Shown in pieces: positions 14,303 through 29,300 of a stretch of 64,000 nucleotides of DNA. Within the stretch, counting starts at the first letter, position 1. Each line of letters opens with the position of its first letter. Location: assembly GCA_012026655.1 (NCBI GenBank), contig JAAILG010000248.1:1-64000 (forward strand), in the 5' to 3' direction. The notes under the pieces were generated by a model. The model searched no databases, was not told the DNA's origin, and saw nothing but the letters and a program-made list of their open reading frames with translations. The stretch comes from Hydrolagus affinis. Its lineage: Eukaryota. The position numbers were made by a program, and so were the translations under genes.

Positions 14303-17300
14303 GTAAGACACTATTGCGTATACTGTACTTCAGCAAAGTTGGAAGCCAACACTGTACCGACTATCACAGGAATAGCTGTGAAAGAGCTCAGGGCAAACAA
14401 CATTCGCACAATTTGGGTATGTGTAAAAAATAAGGATTCTTTAAAACTAAATTAAATCGGCGATGTGGTTGTCACCTAAGTGGGTTAGGTGTGTGATTTA
14501 ATATTCGCGATTTCCTTTTTGCAAAAAAAAAGTTATCTTCGCCAATAACAATGGTTATTATTTATTGTTATTAATTATTATTATATTATTAATAATAATG
14601 GTTAGAAACGCTAAACCAATTTTACTTAACGGTGAAAATGTATGTGTGAGCGGTGTTCCTCAGTCACTCTTCTATTGCAAAGGACAAAGATAAATAGAGA
14701 ATATTCCACGTATATAATGCACAATCAGTGAGGGGGCAATAGCCACAGAGAACCTTAGGAACCACAATGTATGTCTACTGAGCGTTGAATCCTTGGTGGA
14801 GATGAAAATAGTTGTCTACCAACACGCAACACAATGTGGCAGTATTTATCTCATTTTTTTTTTACACAACATTATCAACATTGCACATTGAGAAAAGTTG
14901 CTGCTAAAATACAACAAAAATAAAGTTTCACAAAATCTTCCAATGAAGATCTACCTGTAAATGGTAGGCTGTGTATCTTGTGGGGGGGTGGGGGGCAACT
15001 GGTCTATCGGCTGCTATTCCGGTAAGTTTTACTCTATTTCAGATTTCACATTTCCTTCGTCTCTTTCTGTAACAATATTGTTCCTGTATCCTGTCTGGTA
15101 GAGTTTACGAGTCAGGGGAACAGAGATTGAAACACGTACTGTATTTGCGGCGTAACGCAGAGTCGCAAATGAACGTGGATGTGGAATAATATTGACGAGC
15201 AACATCTTGTTTTGGCAGGATCGTATTGTGATCTGACAGGGCTCGGACAGAACAGATTAAAAAGGTAATCAGCGAGCCAGCAATAAGCTTGTAATGCAAA
15301 TGGAATTCACAACAATGTGACATTTAAACTGTTCGGGCAAATAACAATGTCTGATTTCCTTTGGAATTCGTTGGTTTAAAGTATCTGTCTTTGATATAAA
15401 AAAACGCAGATCGATTTAGTTTTTTTGGTATAACATGCTACTGTTTCTCTTACAGGAGCAGGTTGAATGCATTTCGTCAGAAACGGGATCTCCCAGCTGA
15501 AGAGGTACACTATAGCACAAAGTAGGATCAAATCCTACTTCATAAAGGTTTCTTTGTGTCGCAGCAAGAAAAAATACTTAGGAGCTGAGGTTTCAGGGCT
15601 CTTGCTTGATTAAGACATGTTCAATTACGTTTCGGTTGCTAATTTACACCCAGTCTTATGAAATCTAATGCCTTCTGCACTATCGGTAATACCGAAGCCA
15701 ATTGTAAGTAATTGGGGTAGGTTACAATATAGCCATTGAGAATGGCTTTTGAGGATATTTGTGAAAAATATGTAAAAAGGCAACCGAGATAAGGTTGTAA
15801 TGGGTAAGAAGAGCAACATGAATCCAAACTAATTCACAAAGAATATTTTAATATATTCTTAAAGCACAGTATGTTGCAAACATTTAAAATATGATAAGCA
15901 AAATAAGACAATATAATGAAATATTAAATATATATTTCTACCGAGAATAGATATAAAAACTTGCATTGGTTTGTATAAGATAATTTTAAAAAGCAATAAA
16001 TACAAAATCAAATTATTGATTATATATATTTTTTCTATTTTCACCCCCCCCCAGGACAAGGTACGGCAATAAAGTTTGATTATTTTTCTTCAATTATTTA
16101 ACCATTTCCACAAACAAGAATAGCTTGAATGAATGAAAAGTTCAAGTCTATGTGTTACGTTATGTATGAACAGATTTCCAAAAGGAACAGTAGAGTGGAT
16201 TGTTTCCAGTACATCTATGTATAATGGTAATAGTTAATACAGTACCATGAATTTAGATGTTAGTGCCAAATTTCTAAATGAACACGTCCGTATCCAAAAT
16301 TGGTTCAATTTGTCAATTTACAACAAACTTACCCCTAATACATGATTACAATGAGGACGGTGCTGGTTTCAATACAATAACTGGAGCAGCCACACACCCC
16401 AGAAAGCAGAGGAGCGAAGCAACATCAGCGACGAGCAAGGATAATACAGTATATAATGTGAAACCTTTTGAAAAACATGGGGGAGATTATTTTAAGAACA
16501 GCGTACGTCAATGGTTAATGGCATAACATTGGAATAAAGGATCTGCCAGGAGGAAATAAAATGATGGACAAAACTCAGCTGAGCAAACGGTACAATCCTG
16601 TTCCGATCAGAATAGGTTACACTGAACCCAAATGAATGTTTGCCAATCTCATTGAATTAATTCGAACCTGTACTTCATTCCGGATCCTTGCATTGAATTT
16701 TTAAGTGATGCACTGTTCTTTAACTTCCCACAGAATTACAGAACAAGTCTTGCTGCTCACCGAGCCCGCAGAAGTACTTCTTACAACACAAGTCTACCTT
16801 ATCCTGAAGGTACAGCACAGTTACAGTCAATTGTGTGACTTTCCCTCATCCACAATTATTATTCTGCAAGCCCAGTGTGTGGAAATTCATACCCACCGAG
16901 AAATCCCAGAATTTAGAAATAACAATTGATTTTAATCATTGACATTCTTTCCTCTGCATTAATTAGGTGCAAAATCGTATTTGTTTTCTGCCCACTGTGT
17001 CCAGGTGCTCATTTATTTGTACATTGGTATCTGGACTAAGACTAAAAAATGATCAAGTCCCTGTTTTGGAAGAGAGAACATTTGACAACAACAACAACAA
17101 TTTATGTTAATACAGTATGTTAATATGTTATACAGTACCTTTCATCTTAAAGTGGGCAGTGTGGGTGGGAGGGCTGTGTGGGGGGAACTGAGGATGTGGG
17201 GTGGAGGGGGTAACGTTTAACAGATTTAAAAATCTAAACTATGTTGTATCTTGTTGTTCATGTTACACATTACATGTTACATATTGTTCTTGTTCTGTGA

Positions 17301-20300
17301 ACCCAAACGTAGTTTCTATAAACTGTGATCTTCCAGATCTGTGCCCTCAAGACTGTCTAAATGGTGGCTTCTGTGGTGAGGATGGTACTTGTGACTGCAG
17401 TGAAATTCAAGGCAATGGAAGTCGTTGTCAGACAGGTAGGTATCAGATTGTATTGTGCGATATTTTTCCTTTTTACTAAATGACATAAATTTGGGCAAAT
17501 TTTGTGCTGATTGAAGTGTGGTATCCTAGAACTAGCAGATGGAACACTGCCCCTTTCACGGAAGTTTAGTTTGTTTTTAAATCTAGCCACATTGACAATG
17601 AAGATTTAGGAGATCAGGTAGCGTTACAGTCATAAAACTTCCCCGAAATCTACCACCAGCAATGTGTCCCAGGCCAAACTCAGTGCGATTGAAGTCATGC
17701 GAGCCAGCAATGTCCTTGTGGAAACGTTTATTTTAGTGTGCTGATAGGAATGCCCATAATAAATGCCGCAAAAGTATTGCTATAGTTACCGAATATGATC
17801 TAATGTTAATTGTTGAATTTAGCAAACTGCTTCTAAATATACCTATTTTCATGTTGTTTTTAACCTGTGCAATGGTGCACATTATTCGAATGCAATCCAA
17901 ATGTTCTAACTTTTATTTTATTAGTTTCAAACATGGCTGAACACAGAGAAGGAATTTGCAGATCGTGGGGCCAACACAATTTTGAAACCTTTGATGGCGT
18001 TTATTTTTACTTTCCTGGAAAATGTTCCTACGTTCTTGTAAAGGACTGCAGGACAACACAGCCTCAGTATGTGGTGCAGGTACAGTGTCATTAAATCTAT
18101 TACATTGTCTCTATTAAAAATGATATCTTTTAATTTTCTAATTTTCCTCATCTCCGTCCTGCTGGAATAATTTTCTGTGGGCACTGGTAACATGTTTTGA
18201 AGCTTGGACAATGTCTGTTGGCTGACTACTGTATTTGATTGCAGTACATGTTGTAGCTGAGCCTAATGTCGCCCTCACACAATGCCTATGTTTCAGCAGT
18301 GATCACCGGATAATGATCTGGAATGGCAAGGAGGCTTGACTTTCCCCTTCTCTAACACATAATAATAATAATTTCCACATCTCGTGTGGGATCTGTTAAC
18401 CTAGCCTATCAACAGGGATCAAACATCTTATAACTACTGTATTGCTGAGCAATCAAATTCTGATTTCAAGAGGCATTCACAGTTTCACTGCACTGACTGT
18501 GTGTCCTTAGACATGCACGTCTATCAGCCGAGCTGATCACTGCATCAACCAGGTGCATTGAAACTGATTGAGACAACATCCCACAGTAAACATTAATGGA
18601 CGCAGGCTGAAACAATTCCTCACTCAGCTATTGGAAAACAAGAACAACCATGTTCCAGTTAAATCAAGTTATTGGTCTTAATGCCTTGCTTTTTCCTATA
18701 TGTTCAGGTCCATAATAGTGCGGCATGCACCTCCTCATACTCCTGCTCAAGATCCATCAGCTTGTTTTTTCCAAATGAAGAAGAAATAATTATTATTGGC
18801 CATCAAGTTACAAAAGGAGGAGTCAGGTGAATTTCACCTTAATTGTTCTCATTGAAATGTATGTATATGGCTGAGAAAATGAGATTCTTACTGTAAGCAG
18901 CCTGAGGAGAATTATTTGTGAAACTACTGAATGCTCAACGGGAAACTGCTCAACAGAAGGAGGCCTCAACAGGCCTCCTTCAAGTCCGCCTCAAAACTCT
19001 CCTCCTCAAGTCCCGTTTGCAACTCCTAATCCCCCACTTCTCTCCCCACCCCGTCCCCAGCTCAGATCTGACACAGTGATTGTCCACCTCCTTGGGACTT
19101 TCCACCTGACGTGAAAGGCGTTATACAAGTGTAATTTTGTTATTGTTGCTATTAGCAGTCGGTTATTGATATATTGAACAGATTTGGATCTGCAATATTA
19201 AAGTATATTCACTGCAGTACTTCTTTGGTAATCTTGATCCTTTTATGTTGGGAATTAGTCAGTAAAGTCTACTAATGATGTAGCTTGTGATATAGAACAT
19301 GTTCTTGTCTTATATCTTAGGAGCTTTATGCTTATGAAATAAACTAGGTAGCTCCTGAACATACTTGTGACTGTATCTGGGCATGGAAATGACTTCAACT
19401 ACTTCAATATCCTGTTTTTATGGAATATTGGATAATTTGTCCAAATTTATTGTAAAATTGTTACGTTTGAGCATTTGTTGCAATTATAAAATAAAGCAAT
19501 GTTTCACCTTTTGATATAATATTGCCAGACCTTAGGTTTGCTGTAGAAGATTACCGTGTTCCTCTAAGTCCCATATCAGCGGTGAACTAATGCTTTGCCA
19601 TGTGAAAAGGTCTTAATATTGTTTCGTTATAATCATTGTAGATTTTTAAATCTTTATTAGGCTGCAATTACCGCAGATGGTGAGACATGTATTCTTCGAA
19701 AGGTTAGCTGACTACATTCTTGTGAAAACAACCTTTGGATTTTCCCTGGCTTGGGATGGATTCTCTGGTATTTATATCAAACTTACAGTTGAGCACAAAG
19801 GGAAATCTTGTGGTCTATGTGGCAACAACAATGGAGACATGTCTGATGATCTGAATGCGAGCTACAGTAAGCACATTTTTGACATTTCTGTGCATTTAGA
19901 TTTTTCTATGGGGAAATTATAGATGTACAGAATATAAAATGCTAAATGGGATGACAAAAGTAATCCAAGAAAAAATAGGTTCAGATGACAGCAGCAGCAC
20001 TATAGAACACAAATTCCCAACTGTATAGGGCAATTTTTATGGTAGCGATATTTCTTTATGGAAAGGGTGTAAGTAAGCCCTGGAAGGGGTTATCAGGGGA
20101 ATCAGGACTCAGGGAGATGGTCACTTGTGTATTCTAATGAATGGGACCATAGATGGAGGGTCTTCTCCTTTGAACATTTTGTGTGATTTGCTGATTACTT
20201 CTAACCAATAATTATGCATACTGCTAAGATCTATTAGGTTTCTGTCCAAGGAATATCACCCATTAAGCATCTGTAATGCAATTATTTGTCATAATGATGA

Positions 20301-23300
20301 CCTATTATTCACCACTAATTGACAATAGCTTCAGTTTCAGTCAGAGATATTTACTAAAATAGCCAAAGCTATTATGTGGTAACTAGTTTGACATAAATGT
20401 CAAAGTTTTTTTTCACCAGTTTATTTTTCCATATAGAAATTGTTTTGCCTGTGTTTTAATCTGCTGCTATATTGGTTGGTTGCTTTTTCAGGCATGCTGA
20501 CTGAGGACATTGCTGTCTTTGGAAACAGTTGGATGTCACAGTCTCCCTCTGATACTCCATGTGAACCTGTATCTCTCAACTTTCCTAGTCCTTGCAGGGG
20601 CAAAGGAGAATCAGTTAACGTAGGAAACTTTTAAACTCTGTGTGGGAATTACTCTGTGCATTGGTGAAGGTTTATCACTGAAATGCAATTAATCTTTACA
20701 CCAAGTATACATAGCTAGTGCAGTGATGTCATAGAGAATGGTGCAGAATAATAAGTAATCTTTGGATATGACACAGTGTCTTTCAGTTTTTATTATCGAG
20801 AATATGGCTCACAGTTCTAAGTGTATTTATTGTCTGTGTATTTAGTAGAATACACAGTATTTTAGGATGCAAGATTTATTGGTAATAGAAAACTTTGTTG
20901 ATTTCATTAAGCTAAACATAACATGACAAAAATATGGGGAAGAAATTTACCATTAAATTCCAGTTTGTATGGGCTTTCGTGATCAGAATTGTATTCTGAT
21001 TGTGTAAAAGAAAGCACATTAGAACATAAGAAGCAGGAGTAGGCCATTTGGCCCCTTGAGCTTGCATTACCATTTAATAAGATCATGGCTGATCATCCAA
21101 CCTAATTCCATTTACCTGCCCTATCCTCATATTCTTTAATCCCTCTATTCTTTAAAAATCTGTCAATCTCAGTCTTGAATATGTTCAAGAACTGAGCATT
21201 CTCAGTATATCTTGCACAAGAGGTTATGTGGAAAATATAGACTTATGTTAAAGTTGCATATATTATAATTGTTAATGGTGCTAATGCTAAATAGTGCTTA
21301 CTAAATCTTATTCTTTTTCTTTAGGATATCATTATAAAATGTGAAGTTCTGGTCAGTTTCCCTTTCTTTTCTTGTCGTGACCACGTTCAGCCTAATTCCT
21401 ATGTCGCCAGTTGTATCAATGATCTATGCATGTGAGTACTCAATTGCTCATTTGATATTATAGATACTATATCAAATGCAAGCAATCCTGTATTCTCTCC
21501 CAACAAGGTTCCATGATCCCATTATTCTCATTATTGCTGCAATGATGCCCTCAGCGGATCCATTTTAAGATCCTGATACCTACTTTCAAATGCCCCCATG
21601 ACCCACCCTACTCTGTGAACTCCTGTAACTCTACTTCATTGACCATTCCCTCCAATCCACCAACTACTTTATTTGATGCCTCTTTCCACTCTGCCTCATA
21701 ATTGACAGAGAAGCTTTCAGCTATTTTGTCCCACCCCCTGGAACTCTCTTCTGAAATTCTTCCACCTTGTCCCCTCACTCACTGTTTTCAAAAGCCAACT
21801 AGAGACCAATCTCTTTGAATTTGCCATCAGGCATCTCCCTCCACCCACCCCTGCCCATCTCCCTCTATTCCCCTACCCATATCCCTCTATTCCCCCCACC
21901 CCTCTCACACTACCCCCCCACAACCCTTGCCCATCTACCTCATGCTCTCACATTGTATTTGTAAAGTGCTTTGAAACATTCAACCGACATGAAAGTCATA
22001 GTAGGGCGGTGCCGATTGTTGTTGTTATTATTAATAAGTTTATAATTCATATGTAAAATAGGACGGACGACAGGGAAACCTATTGTCGGACAGTGACAGA
22101 GTACACAAGGGCATGTTCTCATGCTGGCTATCCCTTACGGGAGTGGAGAGATGACTTCTCCGCTTGTAGTAAGTTTTTCTTTCATTGTAATGTTTAGAAT
22201 TGTTATGTTGAAGGTACCAATTTATTTACACTTTCATGAAAGACACTAAATGTAGATTGTTGTTGTTGTTACAATTGGCTGTACGTCAAGTAGAGATAAA
22301 ATTCCAGTTGGCATTCATTGTTGTCACATGGACAGTCTCCTCTAACAGTATTTCCCCATTGTACTTGTGCGTGGATTTTTTGCCTCATTGGTGGGGATAG
22401 GAGTGTTCAACTGTGAGGCCTTGTGTGCTTGAATAGAGTCCAACTACAGTATTCAGTATCTAGGCTCTCAGTTGGTCACTTGAGCCAGATACTATCTGAC
22501 GCCCACAAAATCAAACCAAAGCAAGAGAAATGCTTTCAGAACAGATTGAGGTGGAAACATTTGGCAAAAAAATGTCATAAATCCTTTAGTCCAGACTTGG
22601 AGCTTAGCCAGGGGTGTCTGCCTGAATGCAATACCTTTCATAGAAGAATGCTCAAGGTGCTTTGAAGCATTAACCTGTCAGTTACATACACAAGAGAGAA
22701 GGGGAATGGAGGGGCGAGGGAGAGCGTGATCAGGCAGGATGGAGGCTCATGTGGAATAATGACAGCTGACTTGTTTGGTTGATTCCCTTATTTCCATGCT
22801 CTATAGCCATTTAATTCTATCTATTTCAGATTGCAAAAGCTAATTAACATTTATTAAAGGGAAAATGTCTTCACAGGAGAGGGAAAAAGGCACAGGAGCA
22901 TTACTACATTTAGTCACAACATCAACAATCATTTTTATACACATACTCACAAACAGTATTATCTTGTTGTGATACAAGAGTTGGTAGCACTCTCACCTGT
23001 GAGTCAAAGGTCAGGCTATTGAGCTCACAGTCCAGGTTGACATTCCAGTGCTGGGAGAACGCTGCACTGCTGGACTTGCTATCCTTTCGATGAGACATAG
23101 ATCGTGCTTCCCTGATCAGGTGGAGATTGGAGATCCCATACTACTATTCTAAAAGAGAAGGGAGTTTCTCCTGATGTACTTGCCAACAATACTGCAGATA
23201 AAATATTCACTTCATGGCTGTGTGTGGAACATTGTAGGATGCAAATTATTTCTGTGTAAAACCAACAACATACACAGTTGAAACAACACAGTCACCTCTG

Positions 23301-26300
23301 AGGCTTCTTTGAGATAAGCCACAATATGAAAAACATTATTATTATTATTATGATGCAGGGATGAAATTCCTGTGATCCATGGATGTGTTTTGATGTAGTT
23401 TAAGCCAGTGTAATGTCACTTTTACAAATGGGCAAGGCCGAATAAAGTATTTGAAAATTCAGACAACAGTGAATTCATTAGGCCAACTCTCCCTTGTATT
23501 TCAAGTTGAACAATGTGAAGAGAGTCTTGTTCACCGTGACTGCATCAGTTGCTGTCCGCCCACCTGCACATTTGAAAAGGAATGTCTGGGAAGCAGCTTG
23601 CATTGCTTGGATGGATGTTACTGTCCAGATGGTGAGTACTTTGTAATTAACAATCAATTTCAAATTTACTTTGATGGCCCCTATACCCTATACCCATAAC
23701 CATTCTCTAGTGGGACTGTGGTGGATAATAATAATAATAATAATCCTTGCATTTGATCATTTTGGTTCCACAACTTTCTGTAGCCCACAAAATAATAATA
23801 ATACCGTTTGCATTTGATCTACCGCTTTTCACGTCTTCTAGACGTCTCAAAGCACTTTACAGGATATACTGTAAAGTGAATTGACTGTATATTTGTGGGT
23901 GAAAAGCATATCTTAAATTATAAATTATAAATGCATATATTTGTGGGGTGATCATTGATCAGGAAATGCTACTCAAGTGCAGACTGATAGGGAAGCAATG
24001 TTGGAGTGTCACCAGTTGTTTCCTGGGTGCTCCCACTTGGTACATTGCTTTTTCTTTGATGACGTGGGCTGATAGTCCAGCTAAATACAAATGCGATTCC
24101 CCAGGAGCCATTGCAGAAACTACAAGTGTACCAAAGCAGTTTGTGAGGCTGTGGGAACCCTCACAGTCTCCTTTAGGGAGTCAACAAGATAACTGCAGGT
24201 TCAAAGGCTGCTTTATCCAGCATTTACCAGTTTAACATCTTCTCTCATACCCAGTTTTTTTTTTTTTAAAAAGCAGGAGAAAAACGCTTCTGTAAAATAA
24301 TTCATTCACTGTAAAGTGCACATAATGACTGGAGGAAGAAGAAATATGGATTTGTTTGTATCTTTTGTATTTTTCAGGACTTATCATGGAGAATGGAACA
24401 TGCATCTCAGTATCTAATTGTCCATGCATATACCATGGAACAGTCTATCCCATCGGGTCTCACTTACAGGAAGGTTGCAATGTATGGTACGTTCCCACAT
24501 ATCAGACAAGTTTGATGATATTGATAGATTATGAAAAGGATAGAGACAACTTTGTCTTAGTAGTATAATAGCGATTGGAATATTCTAAACCCCAATATTC
24601 ATTTCCCGTGTTCTTGTGAAGAATCACATGATGAATTATTTATTTTTCCTTTCAAATTTTTTCTTTGGTGAAAATGAAGTCAAATGCAGCGTTCAAATGA
24701 AATCAATAATTGACTGTGTTCCCCTTTTTTTGTAGCATTTGCAATGGTGGTACGTGGAACTGTACAGACAATGATTGCCCAGGTAATAACAGTGTTATAA
24801 GGTTGTGTATAATGTTTACTAAATGCTGTATATTATTATTACATGCTCAGAAAGATGACAACCAGTGATACACTTAACATTTCCTGCCATTTGCTGCAAA
24901 AGAATAAATGAAAACATTTAGGGAAAGGTATGTTGAAATTCCTAAACATTCATTTTTTCTTTTAGCTGAATGCTCTGTCACAGGAGACATGCATTTCACC
25001 ACATTTGATGGCCGGATTTTTACTTTTCTTGGCACCTGCCAGTATATCTTTGCAAAGAGCCGCAGGAGTAACAGATTCACAGCGACACTACAGAATATGC
25101 CCTGTGGTCAGGTAAGAGAATAATATTAATTGTTTGATTTGAAACTGTTATAATGCAGGATTAAAATTCCTGTCAATTCTTAAATGAAAGAGGATTGGTC
25201 AAGTTGAGCAAGGCTGTCGAACCCAGATTTGTACAGAGCCACATGTGTGCCACATGAACAACAGTGTGAGCCACGCAAGTCGAAAAGGTTGCGAGGATTT
25301 AATTGACATGCAGTTACATATGGAGAGAGTAGAGACATCAGGACATGCAAGTTATATTAAGTTTAATCAATGGAAAATAGTTTGTGGTAACTGTGTGTTT
25401 AATATAGAAATCTATATATTTATATTGTTGCTCAAATCATTGTTTTGATTATTTAAGCAAGTATTATTTTAGATTATTTTAATCAAATATTCAAAAATGA
25501 TGAGACAATTTTTACTACATACATTTAAATAGCCATGGACACATCTCTGGAAGCAAATTGTCAGTGACAATTATGTGAGACACCTGTTTTCCACTGAAAC
25601 TGAGGTGGCTGTGGCTCTACAGTTCGACAGTGTTGATGTTGAGCTTGAGAGTAGGATCAAACATTGACAAATGTATGTATATCCTGTCTGTACATTTTGC
25701 ATTTTACACCACTGCTTCAATTTCACAAACAACTTGGTAACTTAATCAAATTGGTTGTATTCTTGTCAGACACAGATGCTGTCTCCTATTTTAATCAATT
25801 AACAGCAACAACAAATTGCATTCATGTAGTGATTTTCACTATAAGAATGGGAAATGTCCTGTAAAATCGGCTGTAAGATGAATTGTTGGATCTCAGTAGT
25901 TGGAGTGGCTATATTGCCATTGTACATTTCATGTGTTATAAGTAACATTGGAAAAAAATATATACTTTGCCCAGCTACAAATGCAAACTTTTAAACCAAC
26001 ACTAATGGATCAAATGACAATAATTTTAAACGCATTTCAAGTCAGTGTCAATATAAAAGAATATTTTCTGAAATTATAAAAAAAACTTATTCTATGCTAG
26101 AATATACCTATCCTTCAAAAGCTTTGAGATGTCTCGATTATGCGAAAGGCACTATCTCAAATGTAAGGAATATTAGTATAATAATACACTTTTTTTGTAT
26201 CATTCTAGAGAACCTTTTGCTTCATTGGAAAACAATCAAATGTGGAGACAATCAAGAACTATTTAGAGATCTGGTTTGGGTAACACAGCACTCTGTTTCT

Positions 26301-29300
26301 TTTCATATTGTTTTTAGAATATGGACCACAGCTGCATTCAGTCAGTCACCCTGTTGATAGATGAGGATACGAGTAAACAGATCACCCTAACCAGAGCAGG
26401 AGAAATCCAACTTGGCATCAATCAAGCAATTAGCCTTCCATACTTCAATGGTAATTGGTCCACTTCGACATCATGCATTAAAAATGGATAAATACTCTAA
26501 AATAATTGTATTGTAAAATGTAACATTCTTCCGGCAAAGCTAAAAAGCGTTGGAAGTTGTCACTTTCAACAACAACAACAAAATTATAATTGTATGGCGC
26601 CTTTCACGTCAGGAGGACGTCCCAAGATGCACTTTCACTTCTTAACCTGATTTGCGTCAAGTTTTGTAAAGTTCAGATTTTGTTACTTGCAGGAGTTACT
26701 GAAATTCGTAAATTGTCGTCTATATTCGTGCAAGTGAAAACAACGTTTGGTCTCCGGCTACAGTTTGACAAAGAAGGAGGAAGACTCTATCTTCAGGTTG
26801 ACAGCAGTTGGAAGGGAAGAACTGTTGGTCTGTGTGGAACATTTAATGGAAACTTACGAGATGACTTTCTGTGAGTTCATAACAACAACTTGCATTTATT
26901 TAGGATCATTCATTCCAGACGGTGTCTGGAAGCTCATACCACTAAATAAAAATGACATACATTTCACAGTTAGTGCAACTCTTAAGTAATCTGACATAGA
27001 TGTTAGTGGTAATTATTCATTTGTTTATTGGCAAATTTACTGATCTTGCTGAGATACAATAACAAGTTACGTTTGATTAGTGCCTTGCATGGCAGGTGGT
27101 TGTCCCAAAGCGCTGGACAGTCAGTGTTTCGGACCCAAGCTGATAGTCAGGATTTGGGAGGGTGGAGGGCAGAGGGGGAAGGAAGGTGATCGAAAGTATG
27201 TTCGAAGAGGAGGGTCTTGAGGTGGATCTTGAAGGAGGCAAGGGAAGGGGTGAGGTGGAGGCACTGCACGATGGAGGGACTGTCGGATGGAGTTCCAGAG
27301 GATAGGGGCAGAGTGGTTGAAGCCCTGCCCACCCAATGGTATCAGATAGTATCAGAATGGGAAAGGCAATAGGGAAACAACATTATAAATTCACACAGCC
27401 AAGGTCAGTATAGTTTTAGCCCATAAAATATACAGTCAATTCACTTTACAGTGTATTCTGTGAAGCACGTTAGGTTGTCTAGAAGATGTGAAAAGCGTTA
27501 TATCAAATGCAAGGATTATTATTATTTACAGTATATTCATGGTAATTGGAAAACCACTCTCTAGCATTCATACTCATTGTTGCTGATTGTAAAAATGTTT
27601 TTAGACGAAAACTGAGGGATTGTGCTGGTTTACAGCATATCAAATCTGTGCAGTGTTATGAGCTCCTATATTGCCAATAATGCTTGTCACAAGTACACTC
27701 TAGATTAGGAATTGAACCTTTAAAGACATGCATGTTAGGATCAGTTCATGAACAATTCATCAACTTTAGTCACCTCCCTTTCTTTCTTGACTTCAGAGTG
27801 TAAGTAGTATGCTGCATTATATCAGGGATAATTATTTTAGTTTTATAGACTCAAGAGACTGGTGTGGGTTAAATAAGTGGAGGAAACTGGCAATAGTTCA
27901 AAAGTTCAAAACACCGTTTGTGACTGGCTGTTTTGAAGGCATTTGATAACAAATCCACTATTATTTTACTTCATGAAGAAATTGAACACAGACATTTAAA
28001 CTTGCGCTAGAATAGCTAATCTTTTTGACTGTGGGATTTGTCTAAGTGACTATATCTTGTCATTAGTTTGGTTGTACAGAGAATGTTTCCTACTGTCCTT
28101 AAATGGTTGCTTCTTCACTACAAGTTCCCCAGCAGGTATGATTGAAGGGACTCCACAGTTACATGCCAATGCATGGAAGATATCATCTGCGTGTGTAACA
28201 CCACTAAATGTCCCTCTGATTGACCCCTGCGACACAAATCAACAAAACGGTATCTATGTTTGATTGTTGTGGTCTCGTAGAAGATGTACTTTGTTACTTT
28301 AGTTCTTAGAACACATTGTAAAGTTTTTAACTTATTTGAAGAAGCACTGAATATTAAATGCTGTTTTAATATCTGCACATCCAGCTTTGTATTCTTCAAC
28401 AATGTGTGATATCCTCAATCAAGAACTGTTTGCACCTTGCCATTCCTTTGTGAATCCAAGCCCCTATTACCAGCGGTGCCGCTACGATGCCTGCAAATGT
28501 GGACGACTGTGCATGTGTACAGCCCTTGGACACTATGCATCTCTTTGTGCCAAACACAGAATTCGCATTGACTTCAGATCCGTCGTATCAGACTGCGGTA
28601 AGTTGGTAGATGATTTTGTAGCAACACACTGCAACGGCAACTTAGTTCACATTCAGCTGACCTGCTCTCTGTTTTCATTAAAGTAAAGCATATATTTGGG
28701 CTTGGCATTCAAATTAGAACAGTATCTGTCTGAATTACTGAGGTCATTTAGAGGACTTTTATTTTCTCAGTTCACAGTCCAGGCGCTGGATGGAGCACAG
28801 CACAGACATGAAAGTGCTCCATCTAGGGAGATGAAAACTGATACTGCCTGTCCTATTACATTTGAATTGCATCTCTGGCTGGCTGACCACAGACCAACTT
28901 CGAGACAGATGTGAAGCAGTACGTTTCACTCTTTGAGTGAATGCATCAGTAGACTTCATGGGAAATTGGTGAACTTAAATGCTTCCTAATGACTGATCAA
29001 AGTGAACCTCTTGTGTGCAATTTTGATGTGCAGCATCAAAGAATATGATTGCTGATGGGTCGAAATGATATTGATAGACAGCTGAGAAGAAATCCCATAT
29101 GGGCCTAGGTTTCCTCTATTTACATAATATTTTAGAGCGTACAGAATTTAGCACATTGTTGATTTAAACCTCAACTTTGAAGTTGGTTTTCTCTAGTTAT
29201 TAAAAGTGCTCGTGGAATTGGTCTAAACATTAGAAACCTATTTAGGTGTTTGCCAACTTCCGTACACTCTAAAATATTACATAGAGTAAACCTAGACATG

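Noticed and set aside
15456-15500. Apparent in-frame stop suggesting otogl is a pseudogene
   Set aside because: Resolved by the 46-nt exon at 15219-15264, which sets the correct phase.
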